A DNA stretch of 64,000 bases from NCBI GenBank assembly GCA_964651815.1, contig CAZYWG010000011.1, forward strand, positions 1,056-65,055. Direction: 5' to 3'. The position numbers were made by a program, and so were the translations under genes. Shown here one piece after another: positions 39,188 through 50,106 of this stretch (positions are counted from its first letter, which is position 1; the number at the start of each line of letters is the position of its first letter). Source of the DNA: an uncultured Gammaproteobacteria bacterium. Its GTDB lineage: Bacteria; Patescibacteriota; Microgenomatia; Levybacterales; GWA1-39-11. The notes below the pieces were generated by a model. That model was not told the origin of the DNA. It saw only the letters and a program-made list of their open reading frames with translations, and did not search any database.

Positions 39188-39976
39188 TTATAGACTCAAA
39201 ACATCAACGATTTTGTTGTGAATTATTCCATTTGACAAAATAACGTCCCCGTCAAAAATTGAAGCTTCTTCTCCATTTGACCGAGTCATACGCCCACCTG
39301 CTTCAAGAACTACAATTGTTGCGGCAAGCCTATGAATAGGAGGGACATTGAATTCAACATGTGCATCGGTTTTCCCTTGAGCAAGCTTGCAAACAGTATT
39401 TGGATAAGACCCAGTAATCCTAAGATATTGGGCGCTCATCGCAATTTTATTAACAATTTTAAGCTGTTCTACTCGAGGCCTAATATTTGATGCAAAATCT
39501 GTAGTGACAATTGCATCAAACATATCAAAAGTTTTTGAAACATGTATTTTTTTGCCATTAAAGAATGCACCCTTACCTTTTTCTGCCCAGAATAGCTCAC
39601 TTGTTACAGGCATAAAGCAAACTCCCAAAACCAACTTTTCTTTATGAGTTAGCGCAATTGATATTCCAAACTCAGAAAGTCCGTGGATAAAGTTCATTGA
39701 GCCGCACAAAGGATCAAAGTACCATACATAATCACTTTTTCCTCCACTTTCCCCAAATTCTTCACCAATGATGTGGTGATCTGGAAATTGAGCAGATATG
39801 GTCTTTCTAATGGTTTTTTCAGAGTCTTTATCGGCGTTGGATACGCGGTCTGTCTCACTTTTGTTTTCAATTTTTCCGGCACTACCGCTATTAAAGTAGT
39901 CTAACAGGATTTTCCCCGCTTTTGCTGCAGCATCTTTTGCTGTTTTTAATTCTTGAGACATTTTAATCTTTTGCAA
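39188..39976 (-). CDS. Inositol monophosphatase family protein.
   Basis: ...IIGEEFGE...WYFDPLCGSMNFIHG... IMPase metal-binding motifs. Confidence 0.65.
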   Translation of the reverse strand: MQKIKMSQELKTAKDAAAKAGKILLDYFNSGSAGKIENKSETDRVSNADKDSEKTIRKTISAQFPDHHIIGEEFGESGGKSDYVWYFDPLCGSMNFIHGLSEFGISIALTHKEKLVLGVCFMPVTSELFWAEKGKGAFFNGKKIHVSKTFDMFDAIVTTDFASNIRPRVEQLKIVNKIAMSAQYLRITGSYPNTVCKLAQGKTDAHVEFNVPPIHRLAATIVVLEAGGRMTRSNGEEASIFDGDVILSNGIIHNKIVDVLSL

Positions 39977-41345
39977 CTGACTTTATTGTGGACATTAGTT
40001 CTTCGTGATATTTTTCCATGTCATTTTTTTCATAAGCTTCAACATTAAGTCTCAAAAGTGGTTCGGTGTTTGAAGTCCTTACAGAAAAGCGCCAAGTTGG
40101 ATAAGAAATAGCAACGCCATCCATTGTTTCCAATTCACCATCTTTGTATTTATTTTTAAGTATGTCCAAAATTTCTGGTGCATTAGTCACTTTGAAGTTA
40201 AATTCACCAGATTCATAACTTCTTCTATACTCTTCTATCACTTCCGAAAATGGCTTTCCCTCTCGCGTCAGGACTTTTAAAACAGTCAATATGATCGGCA
40301 TTTGGGATTCTGCATTTCCTGTTGCCCTAAAAAAGTAGTGGGCAGATGACTCCCCGGCAAAAATTCCTCCAGTAGTATTCATTGCCTCAGTAATATATGC
40401 ATGTCCTACGCGGGTTATTACCATTTTTCCACCATTTTCTTCAATTATTTTACGTGGGGTAAAAAGATAACGAATATCAACGTAAATTGTGTCACCCGGG
40501 TTTTCCTTCAATAATTCACTTGCCACAATTGAAGTAATAATGGTTGGCTGGACGACTTGTCCCTTTTCATCTATAAAAAAAAGCCTGTCACCATCACCAT
40601 CTGGCGCTAGGCCCAAGTCAGCCTTCTCCGCAACTACTCTTTTTTGTAAATCTACAAGCGTTTCAAGTTGGAGAGGGTCAGGTTGGTGGGCCGGGAATGT
40701 ACCATCAAGCTCCCAATTCATTTTTATTAAATCTTGAGGAACGTGATCAAAAAGTGACCCAATATATTGCGACCCCATTGCGTTTGCTGGGTCTGCTACG
40801 ACTTTAAATTTTGCAATTTCCGGATTCCCTACAATTTTTAGCGCGTTCTCAACTTCATCATTTAAAATTCCAGTTTTTTTAGTTATATTACCTCCGCTTT
40901 GTGGTTTCGGAAGATTACTGTTTACAGCATTTTCTTTCACCTCGTCCATTCCCGTAGATTTTCCAATCTTAATGAGTCCTCGTTCGCCCTTTTTTACAAA
41001 TTTCACACCATTCCACTGGGGTGGATTGTGGGAGGCTGTTATTTGCATTCCACATTCATACCCATAATGTGAGACAGCAAAGTAAAACGTAGGAGTTGAC
41101 ACAACACCGATATCTATAACGTGCGCGCCTAGCGCAACAAGCGTCTCAATTGCGATTTTAGTTAAAGAGGGTGAAGAAGTTCTCATGTCGGTCCCAACAA
41201 CAAGCGTTAAACTTTCATCATCGGGTTTCCCTTTTTTGAAAAATCCATAAATTGAAGCAACTATTGTCTTAATATTCTCTTCGTTTAATTCCTCAGGATA
41301 AAGTCCTCGGATATCGTAACCCTTAAAAATGTGAGAAGGAATCAT
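39963..41345 (-). CDS. Phosphoglucomutase/phosphomannomutase (alpha-D-phosphohexomutase).
   Basis: Active-site loop TASHNPPQWNG, GTDMRTSSP, GDGDRLF metal loop. Confidence 0.85.
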   Translation of the reverse strand: MIPSHIFKGYDIRGLYPEELNEENIKTIVASIYGFFKKGKPDDESLTLVVGTDMRTSSPSLTKIAIETLVALGAHVIDIGVVSTPTFYFAVSHYGYECGMQITASHNPPQWNGVKFVKKGERGLIKIGKSTGMDEVKENAVNSNLPKPQSGGNITKKTGILNDEVENALKIVGNPEIAKFKVVADPANAMGSQYIGSLFDHVPQDLIKMNWELDGTFPAHQPDPLQLETLVDLQKRVVAEKADLGLAPDGDGDRLFFIDEKGQVVQPTIITSIVASELLKENPGDTIYVDIRYLFTPRKIIEENGGKMVITRVGHAYITEAMNTTGGIFAGESSAHYFFRATGNAESQMPIILTVLKVLTREGKPFSEVIEEYRRSYESGEFNFKVTNAPEILDILKNKYKDGELETMDGVAISYPTWRFSVRTSNTEPLLRLNVEAYEKNDMEKYHEELMSTIKSVAKD

Positions 41346-41351
41346 AGAAAT

Positions 41352-42044
41352 TTAGTTTAAATCTTGGAGTAGTATTATGTCAAGATAGCTCGCGAGAGGC
41401 ATTGTCATGCCACTTGTTTTGATTTGTTCATCTAGGTTTGCAAGACTTAAAAAGACATGCCTTAGCTCATTCTCTCGCCATAAAAGTGCTTGTCTTTTGA
41501 GTTTTTCAAGTTGCCACGGTGCCATTTTAGAAGTTTCTGAAAATTCATTTTCAAGATTACCCTTTACAACCATCAAATTCCTAACACGTTTGATAAGAGA
41601 ATATAGAATCTGCTCCACTTCAGTATTTTTTGAAAGTGTTTTAAACAATTCTAGGCTTCTCTTTTTATTTTTAGGTGAAAAAGAGTCAATAAATTCAAAA
41701 AATACTTTTGGAAATTCAAAACTAAAAAATGTAGCTGTTTTTAATTCGTTTGTTGAATTTTTGTCAAGCTGTTGTTCATCCCACAAAATGATTGTTGTGT
41801 CCTGGTCTTTTAAAAACGTTTTTATGTTTTCAATTAGCTCTTTACTAGGTTTCACTTTTGTTGCATATTCGACTACAACGATCCTTTTAGCTGTGAATAG
41901 GCTTACTGATACAAGCGAATCAAGGATTACCTGTAAACTTTGTTTTTTTCCGTCGAACCTCGCAATTTCTGAATTGGGACTCAGAAGAGATAACAATTTG
42001 TTTCTGGAATCAACAATATTTTCTCCGGTTATAACGTAAATCAT
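41352..42044 (-). CDS. holA: DNA polymerase III delta-subunit-like protein (short).
   Basis: Helical AAA+-like N-domain pattern and C-terminal ...QLEKLKRQALLWRENELRHVFLSLANLDEQIKTSG resembling the delta C-domain. Weak assignment. Confidence 0.4.
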   Translation of the reverse strand: MIYVITGENIVDSRNKLLSLLSPNSEIARFDGKKQSLQVILDSLVSVSLFTAKRIVVVEYATKVKPSKELIENIKTFLKDQDTTIILWDEQQLDKNSTNELKTATFFSFEFPKVFFEFIDSFSPKNKKRSLELFKTLSKNTEVEQILYSLIKRVRNLMVVKGNLENEFSETSKMAPWQLEKLKRQALLWRENELRHVFLSLANLDEQIKTSGMTMPLASYLDIILLQDLN

Positions 42045-42085
42045 ATTTAAAACTACCTATTTTTTAATCGGAATAAATCTGAGCT

Positions 42086-43258
42086 TTATTTTATCACAGG
42101 ACTGTTCATGAAAAGAACTTCTTTAATATATGATCTCAAAAGACCTGAATCAAATTTAATCCCCAATATCCCTCCATTTGGGTCGCCAAATTTAAATGTA
42201 GGGACAGATGCTGTGAATCTTGGACTAAGAGCTGGAATGCTCATGGGATTTGTTGGCGGTAGACCTTTTTGCTTTTGCAAATCTTGGTAAACCTTTGCAT
42301 AAGCGGTGAGTTCATTATTTTTCATAAATGATAACTTGTCAAACTGACCATTTTGTGAATCGAGCAAAAAAGGTGTAACTGCGATTACATTTTTATCTTG
42401 TTCCCAAATTGATTCAAATGACGTTTTATAGTAACTTCCAATTACACTCCCCGCGAGTCTCTCAGAACTCCAGCCTGTTTCGGTTATAAAAACGGGTTTT
42501 TCCGATCCGGCAAATCTTGAAATTATGTTCTCTTCAAATTTGTAAGTAGAAGTGCTTTCCTGAGCGTTAACCAAAGGTGGTACGGAAAAACCAGGATTTG
42601 GGTAAGAGTGCGACGCAATACCATCAATATTTTTAAATACATCGGAATTGTAATTTCCCATTTCCCTGATGTACACAAAATTATCCATATATTTTACGCC
42701 GTCATTTGGAGACGCATTATCAAGCCCCGCCGTAATCAAAAAAAAGTCTGGATTTTCGTTATGAAACGTTTGTTCAGCATACATAACCAAATCGGCGTAG
42801 TCCTTTGGGCTAGGTGGTTCGCCTCCCCATTCATCATAACGATTCGGTTCATTAAACAAGACAATATACCTATTTTTCGTAGGCCAAGTAAGCGAATTTA
42901 GAAAATTAGCAAAATCCAGTACGTTATACTCATTAGGTTTGGCCCAAACGCCAGTATTTATATAATATGGATCTGTAGCAAGTCGAACAATTGGAATTAA
43001 GTGGAATGTTGAACAATCATTAAAAAAATTTTGCCATTTTACAATATCCCGGTCAGAATATTGAATGGGTATTGTTACATATCCCCAGTCCCCACCTCCA
43101 GAATTCACAAGTTTTGCAGCATCTGAGAGTTCTGCTGGGAATAAAATATGTATTCCAAAAATGTTGTTTGGGAGGCTTACTGGATTGTAAAAAGCATACG
43201 ATTTTGTGGTAAATGAAAACAAAAATAAAACAAAAAAAATGAATAGCAGTTTCCTCAT
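42086..43258 (-). CDS. Secreted clan GH-A glycoside hydrolase-like protein (GH5-like).
   Basis: Signal peptide MRKLLFIFFVLFLFSFTTKSYA. IVLFNEPN (acid/base NEP motif) and FITETGW (nucleophile TE motif). Confidence 0.5.
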   Translation of the reverse strand: MRKLLFIFFVLFLFSFTTKSYAFYNPVSLPNNIFGIHILFPAELSDAAKLVNSGGGDWGYVTIPIQYSDRDIVKWQNFFNDCSTFHLIPIVRLATDPYYINTGVWAKPNEYNVLDFANFLNSLTWPTKNRYIVLFNEPNRYDEWGGEPPSPKDYADLVMYAEQTFHNENPDFFLITAGLDNASPNDGVKYMDNFVYIREMGNYNSDVFKNIDGIASHSYPNPGFSVPPLVNAQESTSTYKFEENIISRFAGSEKPVFITETGWSSERLAGSVIGSYYKTSFESIWEQDKNVIAVTPFLLDSQNGQFDKLSFMKNNELTAYAKVYQDLQKQKGLPPTNPMSIPALSPRFTASVPTFKFGDPNGGILGIKFDSGLLRSYIKEVLFMNSPVIK

Positions 43259-43322
43259 GATAAGCCTTATATTCTAATATAATGCCCCAAAAAACAAAAG
43301 CAAATGTTATAATAATATCCTT

Positions 43323-45089
43323 ATGTGCGGGATATTCGGGTACATAGGTCCCAAAGAGGACGCGGCACAGATTGTGCTTGAAGGACTAAAAACTCTTGAA
43401 TATAGAGGTTATGATTCGTGGGGAATTGCCGTTAAGAAAGGCACTGTCCTTGAATCAGAAAAACATACCGGCAAAATTGGTGACGCTAATACTATCCTCC
43501 CAAAAAGCAACGTAGGAATTGGCCACACCCGCTGGGCTACACACGGAGGTGTAACAGACCAAAACGCACATCCGCATCTTGACTGCACAAAACAAATTGC
43601 GCTTATCCACAACGGCATAATTGAAAACTTTCTTGAATTAAGGAATGAGCTCGTTAAAAAAGGGCATAAATTTAGTTCTGAAACGGATACCGAGGTTGCC
43701 GTCCATTTAATTGAAGAGAATCTTAAAACAGTTGGGTTTGCAACGGCAGTCCGCGACGCATTCAACAAGCTGTCCGGTATGAATGCGATAGTTGTTTTAA
43801 ATAGTGCTTCCTCGGAAATCATTGCTGCAAAAAATGGGTCTCCTCTTGTAGTTGGTGTTGGGAAAGATGAATATTTTGTCGCGTCTGACGCTGCTGGAAT
43901 TTTAAAATACACAAAAGATATTTTGTTTTTAGAAGACAACCACATGGTAATTATAGGTGAAGATTTAAAACTTCTTACACTTCCTGCGGGGCGTGAGGTA
44001 AAGGCCAAAATTGAAACAATTAAATGGGCATTTGAAGAAGCAGAACTTGGGAATTATAAACATTTTTTTATAAAAGAAATCCATGAAGAGCCCAGAGTTA
44101 TTAAAAACATAGCACTTAACGGTTTGCAAAGCGCAAAGAATCTCGCAAATCTAATTGAACACGCAACCGGAACCTTTCTGATTGCCTGCGGTTCTGCGTC
44201 ATACGCGGCAACTGGTGCCACATATCTTTTTTCAAAAGTTGCAAAAAAACACGTTAACTTTGCCGTAGGTTCGGAATTTAAATATATTGAAGACTTTATA
44301 ATACCTGAAACTTTAGTAATACCTATCTCTCAAAGCGGGGAATCAATTGATGTTATTGAACCAACAACCAAAGCAAAAAAAGAAAAGGGCGCAAAAATCG
44401 CGTCCATTGTAAATGTCCTTGGGTCAACTCTCTATAGACTTTCAGACTTTAATTTTTTACTTGAAGCGGGCCCCGAAAAAGCAGTAGTTGCCACAAAAAG
44501 TTTTAGCGCAATGATTGCCGCTGTTCTTCTGACAGCTTATGCCTTGGCAAACAAGGCTAAAAAAGGGCAAGAATTGCTGTTACAAGCTTCATTAAATGTT
44601 TCAAAAATTTTGGGTCCAACCTATATTGAAATGGTGATAGAGATTGCAGAAAAGCTCAAAAACCGCGAACATATTTATGTAATTGGAAGAGGTATTTCAT
44701 ACACAGCAGCGCTAGAAGCGACTTTGAAAATTAAAGAGGCAACATATATTCATGCGGAAGCGTTTCCGGGTGGCGAATTAAAACATGGCGTAATTGCATT
44801 AATAGAAAAAGGCACACCCTGCATAGTCTTTGCTCCAAATGACGAGACTTATGAAGAAATTGTGTCAAATGCTCAGGAAATTAAGGCGCGTGGCGGTCAT
44901 ATAATTGGTATTGGACCTATCAATAATGAAGTTTTTGATGATTTCCTCGAGACTGACGATATTGAGGAAGCAACTCTACTCCCTCAAGTAACTGTTGCAC
45001 ATTTACTTGGGTATTATCTTGCTCTAGCACGCGGAAACAAAGACCCGGATAAGCCCCGAAATCTCGCAAAATCCGTCACTGTGAAATGA
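43323..45089 (+). CDS. glmS: Glutamine--fructose-6-phosphate aminotransferase.
   Basis: MCGIFGYIG N-terminal nucleophile, two SIS domains. 588 aa. Confidence 0.95.
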   Translation: MCGIFGYIGPKEDAAQIVLEGLKTLEYRGYDSWGIAVKKGTVLESEKHTGKIGDANTILPKSNVGIGHTRWATHGGVTDQNAHPHLDCTKQIALIHNGIIENFLELRNELVKKGHKFSSETDTEVAVHLIEENLKTVGFATAVRDAFNKLSGMNAIVVLNSASSEIIAAKNGSPLVVGVGKDEYFVASDAAGILKYTKDILFLEDNHMVIIGEDLKLLTLPAGREVKAKIETIKWAFEEAELGNYKHFFIKEIHEEPRVIKNIALNGLQSAKNLANLIEHATGTFLIACGSASYAATGATYLFSKVAKKHVNFAVGSEFKYIEDFIIPETLVIPISQSGESIDVIEPTTKAKKEKGAKIASIVNVLGSTLYRLSDFNFLLEAGPEKAVVATKSFSAMIAAVLLTAYALANKAKKGQELLLQASLNVSKILGPTYIEMVIEIAEKLKNREHIYVIGRGISYTAALEATLKIKEATYIHAEAFPGGELKHGVIALIEKGTPCIVFAPNDETYEEIVSNAQEIKARGGHIIGIGPINNEVFDDFLETDDIEEATLLPQVTVAHLLGYYLALARGNKDPDKPRNLAKSVTVK

Positions 45090-45751
45090 TGCCAAACAAA
45101 GCTTTCATATTCGATATGGATGGCGTACTTGTTGATAGCGAGCGTTCGTGGGAAAAAGTTGATAAAGATTTTTTGGATAGAATTCTAGGAAAAGATATTA
45201 GCAAAAAAATCGGAAGCACCATAGGATTTGGAGTTAGTAGTATTTACGAGAAAGCTAAAAACTTTGGGTTTGTGATGGATCCACATAAATTCCAGTCGCT
45301 TTATGATGAAATAGCTTTTGAAGTTTATGACAGATCAACAATAACCCCCAACGTCGAAGATTTATCCACTTTTCTCTTGTCTAATAACTTTAAAATTGGT
45401 TTAGTAAGCTCTTCTCCTACTTCTTGGATTGATCACGTCATGAAAAGAATTTCATTTGGAAATAAGTTTAAAACCATTGTTTCTTTAAATGATCACCCGA
45501 ATTTAGCAACAAAGCCTGCGCCGGATGGATACTTAGAGGCAATGAAAGAATTGGATAGTACACCAAGCACTACAATTGTCCTTGAGGACTCAAATCCTGG
45601 GATAAAATCTGCTAAAAAATCTGGATCTTATACTATTGGATTTAGAGGAAATATAGTTCCTGGATATATCCAAGATGAAGCAGATATTTACGCTGATCAC
45701 ATGCTTGAGGTAATTGAAATTATCAAAAATAAATTCATGTCCACTGAATAG
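45086..45751 (+). CDS. HAD-superfamily hydrolase (beta-phosphoglucomutase-like).
   Basis: FIFDMDGVLVDSE motif I. Start overlaps the glmS stop. Confidence 0.7.
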   Translation: MMPNKAFIFDMDGVLVDSERSWEKVDKDFLDRILGKDISKKIGSTIGFGVSSIYEKAKNFGFVMDPHKFQSLYDEIAFEVYDRSTITPNVEDLSTFLLSNNFKIGLVSSSPTSWIDHVMKRISFGNKFKTIVSLNDHPNLATKPAPDGYLEAMKELDSTPSTTIVLEDSNPGIKSAKKSGSYTIGFRGNIVPGYIQDEADIYADHMLEVIEIIKNKFMSTE

Positions 45752-45775
45752 CCTCAGATTTAGTATAATTATCTC

Positions 45776-46729
45776 ATGAAGTCATTTTGGAATAATTTAC
45801 CAAAACCTATCTTTGCATTGGCACCTATGGAAGGCGTGACTGATACAGTCTTTAGAAGACTTATCAATTATTGTGGAAGACCTGCCGTTTATTTTACAGA
45901 ATTTACAAATGTTGACGGGTTATTTTCTAAAGGACATAAAGCAGTTGAACACAGGTTGATTTTTAAGCAAGAGGAAAAACCCATAATTGCCCAAATTTGG
46001 GGGATGAAACTTGAAAATTATACTGAAGCTGCAAAAAAAATTGTTGAAATGGGTTTTGATGGAATTGATATCAATATGGGTTGCCCTGAAAAAAATGTAG
46101 TAAGACGTGGCTCTTGTGCAGGTCTTATACACAACCCAAAACTTGCGGCACAAATTATTGCTGCAACAAAAGAAGGTGCGGGAGATTTACCTGTTAGCGT
46201 AAAGACTCGAATAGGTATAAAAGAAAACGAAATTAATGAATGGATCACATTTTTACTCGAACAAAATATTGACGCACTTACCGTGCATTTGAGAACCGTT
46301 AAAGAAATGTCTCAAGTACCTGCACATTGGGAAGAAACCGCAAGAGTTGTAGAAATTAAAAACAAAATTAGTCCTGAAACCATTATTCTAGGTAACGGAG
46401 ATATAGAAAGTTTAGCAGAAGCTACTGAAAAGACCCAAAAATATAGTCTTGATGGGGTAATGATAGGACGCGGAATTTTTCACGATCCCTTTTTATTTAA
46501 TCCTAAAAAGAGATTGGAAGATTTAAATCTTGAAGAACGAATGACTTTATTGCTTAAACATTCAACTCTATTCGAGGACGAATGGGGAGAATCAAAACAC
46601 TTTGAAATACTGAGAAAATTTTATAAAATCTATACTCTTGGACTTCCAAATGCTTCAGAACTTCGTGAGAAGCTAATGACAACAAAAAACCTTGAAGATG
46701 TCAAAGAAGTAATTAGTGGTACCATATAA
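45776..46729 (+). CDS. dus: tRNA-dihydrouridine synthase.
   Basis: LAPMEGVTDTVFRRL...GIDINMGCP..., the Dus FMN-barrel motifs. Confidence 0.8.
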   Translation: MKSFWNNLPKPIFALAPMEGVTDTVFRRLINYCGRPAVYFTEFTNVDGLFSKGHKAVEHRLIFKQEEKPIIAQIWGMKLENYTEAAKKIVEMGFDGIDINMGCPEKNVVRRGSCAGLIHNPKLAAQIIAATKEGAGDLPVSVKTRIGIKENEINEWITFLLEQNIDALTVHLRTVKEMSQVPAHWEETARVVEIKNKISPETIILGNGDIESLAEATEKTQKYSLDGVMIGRGIFHDPFLFNPKKRLEDLNLEERMTLLLKHSTLFEDEWGESKHFEILRKFYKIYTLGLPNASELREKLMTTKNLEDVKEVISGTI

Positions 46730-46734
46730 CGTAA

Positions 46735-48312
46735 ATGCAAAATGTTGTAAAACTCCTACGTCCAAAGCTCGACATAATTATTCCATTAGTATTATTACTT
46801 CCTCTCTACTATCTTTTATATAAAATCTATATTCCTCGCGTAAATGCTTTTGGATGTTTTGATGATTGTTTTAATTTCATGGGAGGATTTTTTTTGCTTC
46901 ATGGAAAGCGCATTTATACTGACTTTTTTTATAATCACCAACCTCTTGCCGCTTTCATAAGTTACTTTATCCAAGTGCTTACTCATCCGCAAAGTATTTT
47001 TGAACTAGTTTTGAGGCATAGGCAATTTGTTCTACTTTTTGGGCTTTTGTTTAACATTTTTCTTGTAATTCGATTCCGCCTACCTGCATTTTTGTTTGCT
47101 GTAGTTTTTGAACTTAGTAAGTTCTACTTATTTGGTGATAGATTTTTAGCCGAGGCAATAATAGTTTACCCGGTTGTATATATGGCAGGAATTTTATACC
47201 AAAAACTCACAAATCGCAAACTATTATCTATTGACTACTTCATAACTGCAGTGTCTACATGGTTCGTGATTTTTATGCGAGAACCATATATCCCCCTCGC
47301 TCTATTTCTGTATGTAGCAATTTTGCTTCAAAAAAAACCCACGAAAACAGTTATTTACTCGGTTTTGCTGTTTATCATCTTGTCTGGTATCACTCTTTTG
47401 AGTTTTAATTTAAAAGATTATTTTTTCGATGTCTTAATCGTAAATTTCAAAGTAGTTTTGCCTATTGAGGCCAAAAGTCAGCTTTATGGAGGACCCCTAC
47501 AAATTTTCTTTTACCCTATTTTTGTATTTTTTGCAGGACCTCAAAACATTTTCAAAATGCTTTTGGAAGCCGTCGATATTCTGTTCATTATCTTTTTTGT
47601 AAAGCTTTTGAAAGACAAGAAATACGTATTGGCTATGACAATTTTTATAATGCTCGGACTTGCAAATCTTAAAGACAATCTGCCTGGGAAATTATTTTAT
47701 GAAGCATTTCATATGATAATTTGGTACACACTATTTGTGTTTTCAACTTTAGTTTTAATATTTAAAAATCAGAAAAATAGAAATTTATTTTTAGGATCTC
47801 TCTCTGTACTTCTTATAGTTTTTTCGATATTTGTCTTGTCACCGTCTTATTTTGCTCGTGAGAAAATTGATGAACATTCTGAATTTTTGACAAATTACGG
47901 CCAAACTTTACAAGAAGGCTCAGTGATAAAAGCTTTATCGAAACCTGGAGATTCACTTTTTGTTGACGGTTCAGATGATATGGTATACTGGCAGGCAGAT
48001 AGGTTTTCTAGTTACAAATATTCCTGGTTTACAGGAGTCATGAGTTATTTCCCGGAATATAACCAAGCAAGAATAGAAATGTTTAGAAAAAACCCACCGG
48101 ATTTTTACAGGGAATTTGGATCTTGTCCCACAAATTCAAAAGCTGAGTTTGTTTTGCCTAAATTTGTTGAGAACAAATACGTGAGACTTTATGAAAACAA
48201 TAAACCGGGTTGCATTTTTGTCAATCGCGATAAATTAAAAGAAATTACGCCTCAACAATTTAAAGAGGCTTCTATCTGGCTCTATTCTCTACCTAAAAAT
48301 GAAACTAATTAA
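46735..48312 (+). CDS. Hypothetical polytopic membrane protein (possibly a GT-C-like glycosyltransferase).
   Basis: More than 10 TM helices, C-terminal soluble domain. No definitive motif. Confidence 0.4.
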   Translation: MQNVVKLLRPKLDIIIPLVLLLPLYYLLYKIYIPRVNAFGCFDDCFNFMGGFFLLHGKRIYTDFFYNHQPLAAFISYFIQVLTHPQSIFELVLRHRQFVLLFGLLFNIFLVIRFRLPAFLFAVVFELSKFYLFGDRFLAEAIIVYPVVYMAGILYQKLTNRKLLSIDYFITAVSTWFVIFMREPYIPLALFLYVAILLQKKPTKTVIYSVLLFIILSGITLLSFNLKDYFFDVLIVNFKVVLPIEAKSQLYGGPLQIFFYPIFVFFAGPQNIFKMLLEAVDILFIIFFVKLLKDKKYVLAMTIFIMLGLANLKDNLPGKLFYEAFHMIIWYTLFVFSTLVLIFKNQKNRNLFLGSLSVLLIVFSIFVLSPSYFAREKIDEHSEFLTNYGQTLQEGSVIKALSKPGDSLFVDGSDDMVYWQADRFSSYKYSWFTGVMSYFPEYNQARIEMFRKNPPDFYREFGSCPTNSKAEFVLPKFVENKYVRLYENNKPGCIFVNRDKLKEITPQQFKEASIWLYSLPKNETN

Positions 48313-48748
48313 ATTTACAAAAGAAGGGCTTGAAAATCTAAAAAAGGAGCTCGAAGAAACGCAAATTTCAAGACCCGCAGCAGTCAAAGAATTAACGCGA
48401 GCTCGTGAGATGGGAGATCTATCAGAAAACGGGCTTTATCACGCCGCAAAGTCCCGTCTCAGGTCTATGGACAGCAAAATAAGGAGATTATCTAGTATGA
48501 TAAAACTTGCGGATGTCTATGAAGCGCCTATTGGCGTTGTGGGAATAGGATCAAAAGTTAAAGTAGAACAAAACGGTAACACGCTTGAGTATGAAATAGT
48601 TGGTGATTTTGAAGCAGATCCTGGTAACCATAAGATTTCCTCAAACTCTCCAATTGGCATGTCTTTAATTGGGAAGAGAATAGGTGAAGATGCCAACATT
48701 ACAACCCCTAACGGCCTAACAACACTCAAAATTATTAAAATTCTATAG
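48299..48748 (+). CDS. greA: Transcription elongation factor GreA.
   Basis: ...LTRAREMGDLSENGLYHAAKSRLRSMDSKIRRL... GreA coiled-coil acidic tip and FKBP-like C-domain. Confidence 0.85.
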   Translation: MKLIKFTKEGLENLKKELEETQISRPAAVKELTRAREMGDLSENGLYHAAKSRLRSMDSKIRRLSSMIKLADVYEAPIGVVGIGSKVKVEQNGNTLEYEIVGDFEADPGNHKISSNSPIGMSLIGKRIGEDANITTPNGLTTLKIIKIL

Positions 48749-48822
48749 TCAACATAGTCTAAATTTATCAAACAGGGGCTTGCATTTAATAATAGATACT
48801 TATAGAATATTCTTTGGCTTAA

Positions 48823-50094
48823 ATGAGTGTAACTCTTGTTATCGGTTCTCAATGGGGGGATGAAGGAAAAGGAAAAATTATTGATTTCCTATCTCCCAAA
48901 CAAGATTTTGTTGTCCGGTTTCACGGAGGCAATAACGCAGGCCACACAGTAGTAAATAGTTTTGGCCGCTTCCCCATGCACCTAATCCCTTCTGGAATTT
49001 TCAATAACAGCGCAACGGCAATTATTGCCAACGGCACAGTCATTGACCTTGAAGTATTATTACTAGAAATTGAGATGTTAAAAAAAGCCGGGATAAGTCT
49101 TAACGGACGCCTTTTTATCTCCCCCCGTTGCCACCTTATTTTACCTTATCACAGACTTCTAGACGCGCTTTATGAAGAAGCAAAGGGTTTGGGTAAAACT
49201 GGCACAACCGGTAGGGGAATTGGCCCAGTTCATGCTGACAAAGTAAGCTATAACGGAATAAGAATTTGGGATTTTCTAGACCCACAAAAATTTTCGGAAA
49301 AGCTTGAAATTCAGCTTAGAATTAAAAACAAAATCATAGAAGCGCTTGGAGGACACGCCATGTCCCAACAAAAAATTGAGGAATTATTTTCAGAATTAAG
49401 GCCTAAGATTGAGCCATACATCCGGGAACCTTATCCAATTTTACACAAAGCAATTAAAGCAAAGAAAAACATTTTAATGGAAGGAGCACAAGCCGTATTT
49501 CTTGATAATGAATGGGGAACTTACCCATATGTAACAGCGTCAACTGTTGTAGCAGGCGGGACAAATGCACAGGCAGGAATTCCGCCAAATGCTCTAGATG
49601 AAATTATTGGTGTTTCAAAAGCTTATACTACTCGCGTTGGGGCCGGTCCTTTCCCGACTGAGCTTAAAGATGAGGTTGGCGAGACTCTACGCAAAGCTGG
49701 GAATGAATATGGTACTACAACCGGAAGACCACGCCGATGCGGGTGGTTTGACGCGGAGCTAATAAAATTTGGTGCGGAGCTATCAGGGTTTACCTCCCTT
49801 GCCCTTACAAAACTTGATGTACTTGATGAATTTGAAGAAATATATGTTTGCACTGGGTATGAAAAAGACGGTAAAAAAGCAAATTATTACGATGGTGACG
49901 CAAACTTTTTAAATGAGTTAACCCCGGTTTATAAAAAAATGCCGGGTTGGAAAACTTCTACTCGTGGCGTAACAAAATTTGCAGATCTTCCATTAAAAGC
50001 GAGGCAATATGTAAATATGCTCCAAAAAGAAACGGGAGTACCAATCAAATATATTTCAACTGGGGAAGAACGCGGCGCAATAATTATTAGGTGA
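48823..50094 (+). CDS. purA: Adenylosuccinate synthetase.
   Basis: VIGSQWGDEGKGKIID P-loop and GTTGRGIGP motif. Confidence 0.95.
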   Translation: MSVTLVIGSQWGDEGKGKIIDFLSPKQDFVVRFHGGNNAGHTVVNSFGRFPMHLIPSGIFNNSATAIIANGTVIDLEVLLLEIEMLKKAGISLNGRLFISPRCHLILPYHRLLDALYEEAKGLGKTGTTGRGIGPVHADKVSYNGIRIWDFLDPQKFSEKLEIQLRIKNKIIEALGGHAMSQQKIEELFSELRPKIEPYIREPYPILHKAIKAKKNILMEGAQAVFLDNEWGTYPYVTASTVVAGGTNAQAGIPPNALDEIIGVSKAYTTRVGAGPFPTELKDEVGETLRKAGNEYGTTTGRPRRCGWFDAELIKFGAELSGFTSLALTKLDVLDEFEEIYVCTGYEKDGKKANYYDGDANFLNELTPVYKKMPGWKTSTRGVTKFADLPLKARQYVNMLQKETGVPIKYISTGEERGAIIIR

Positions 50095-50106
50095 TAGATA
50101 CTCAGA

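Noticed and set aside
41407-42039. 210-aa plus-strand ORF antisense to the holA-like gene
   Set aside because: Fully contained within, and antisense to, a better-supported gene. Low-complexity, Ser/Phe/Leu-rich translation typical of AT-rich antisense frames.
43409-44008. 199-aa minus-strand ORF inside glmS
   Set aside because: Antisense to an unambiguous glmS. Spurious.
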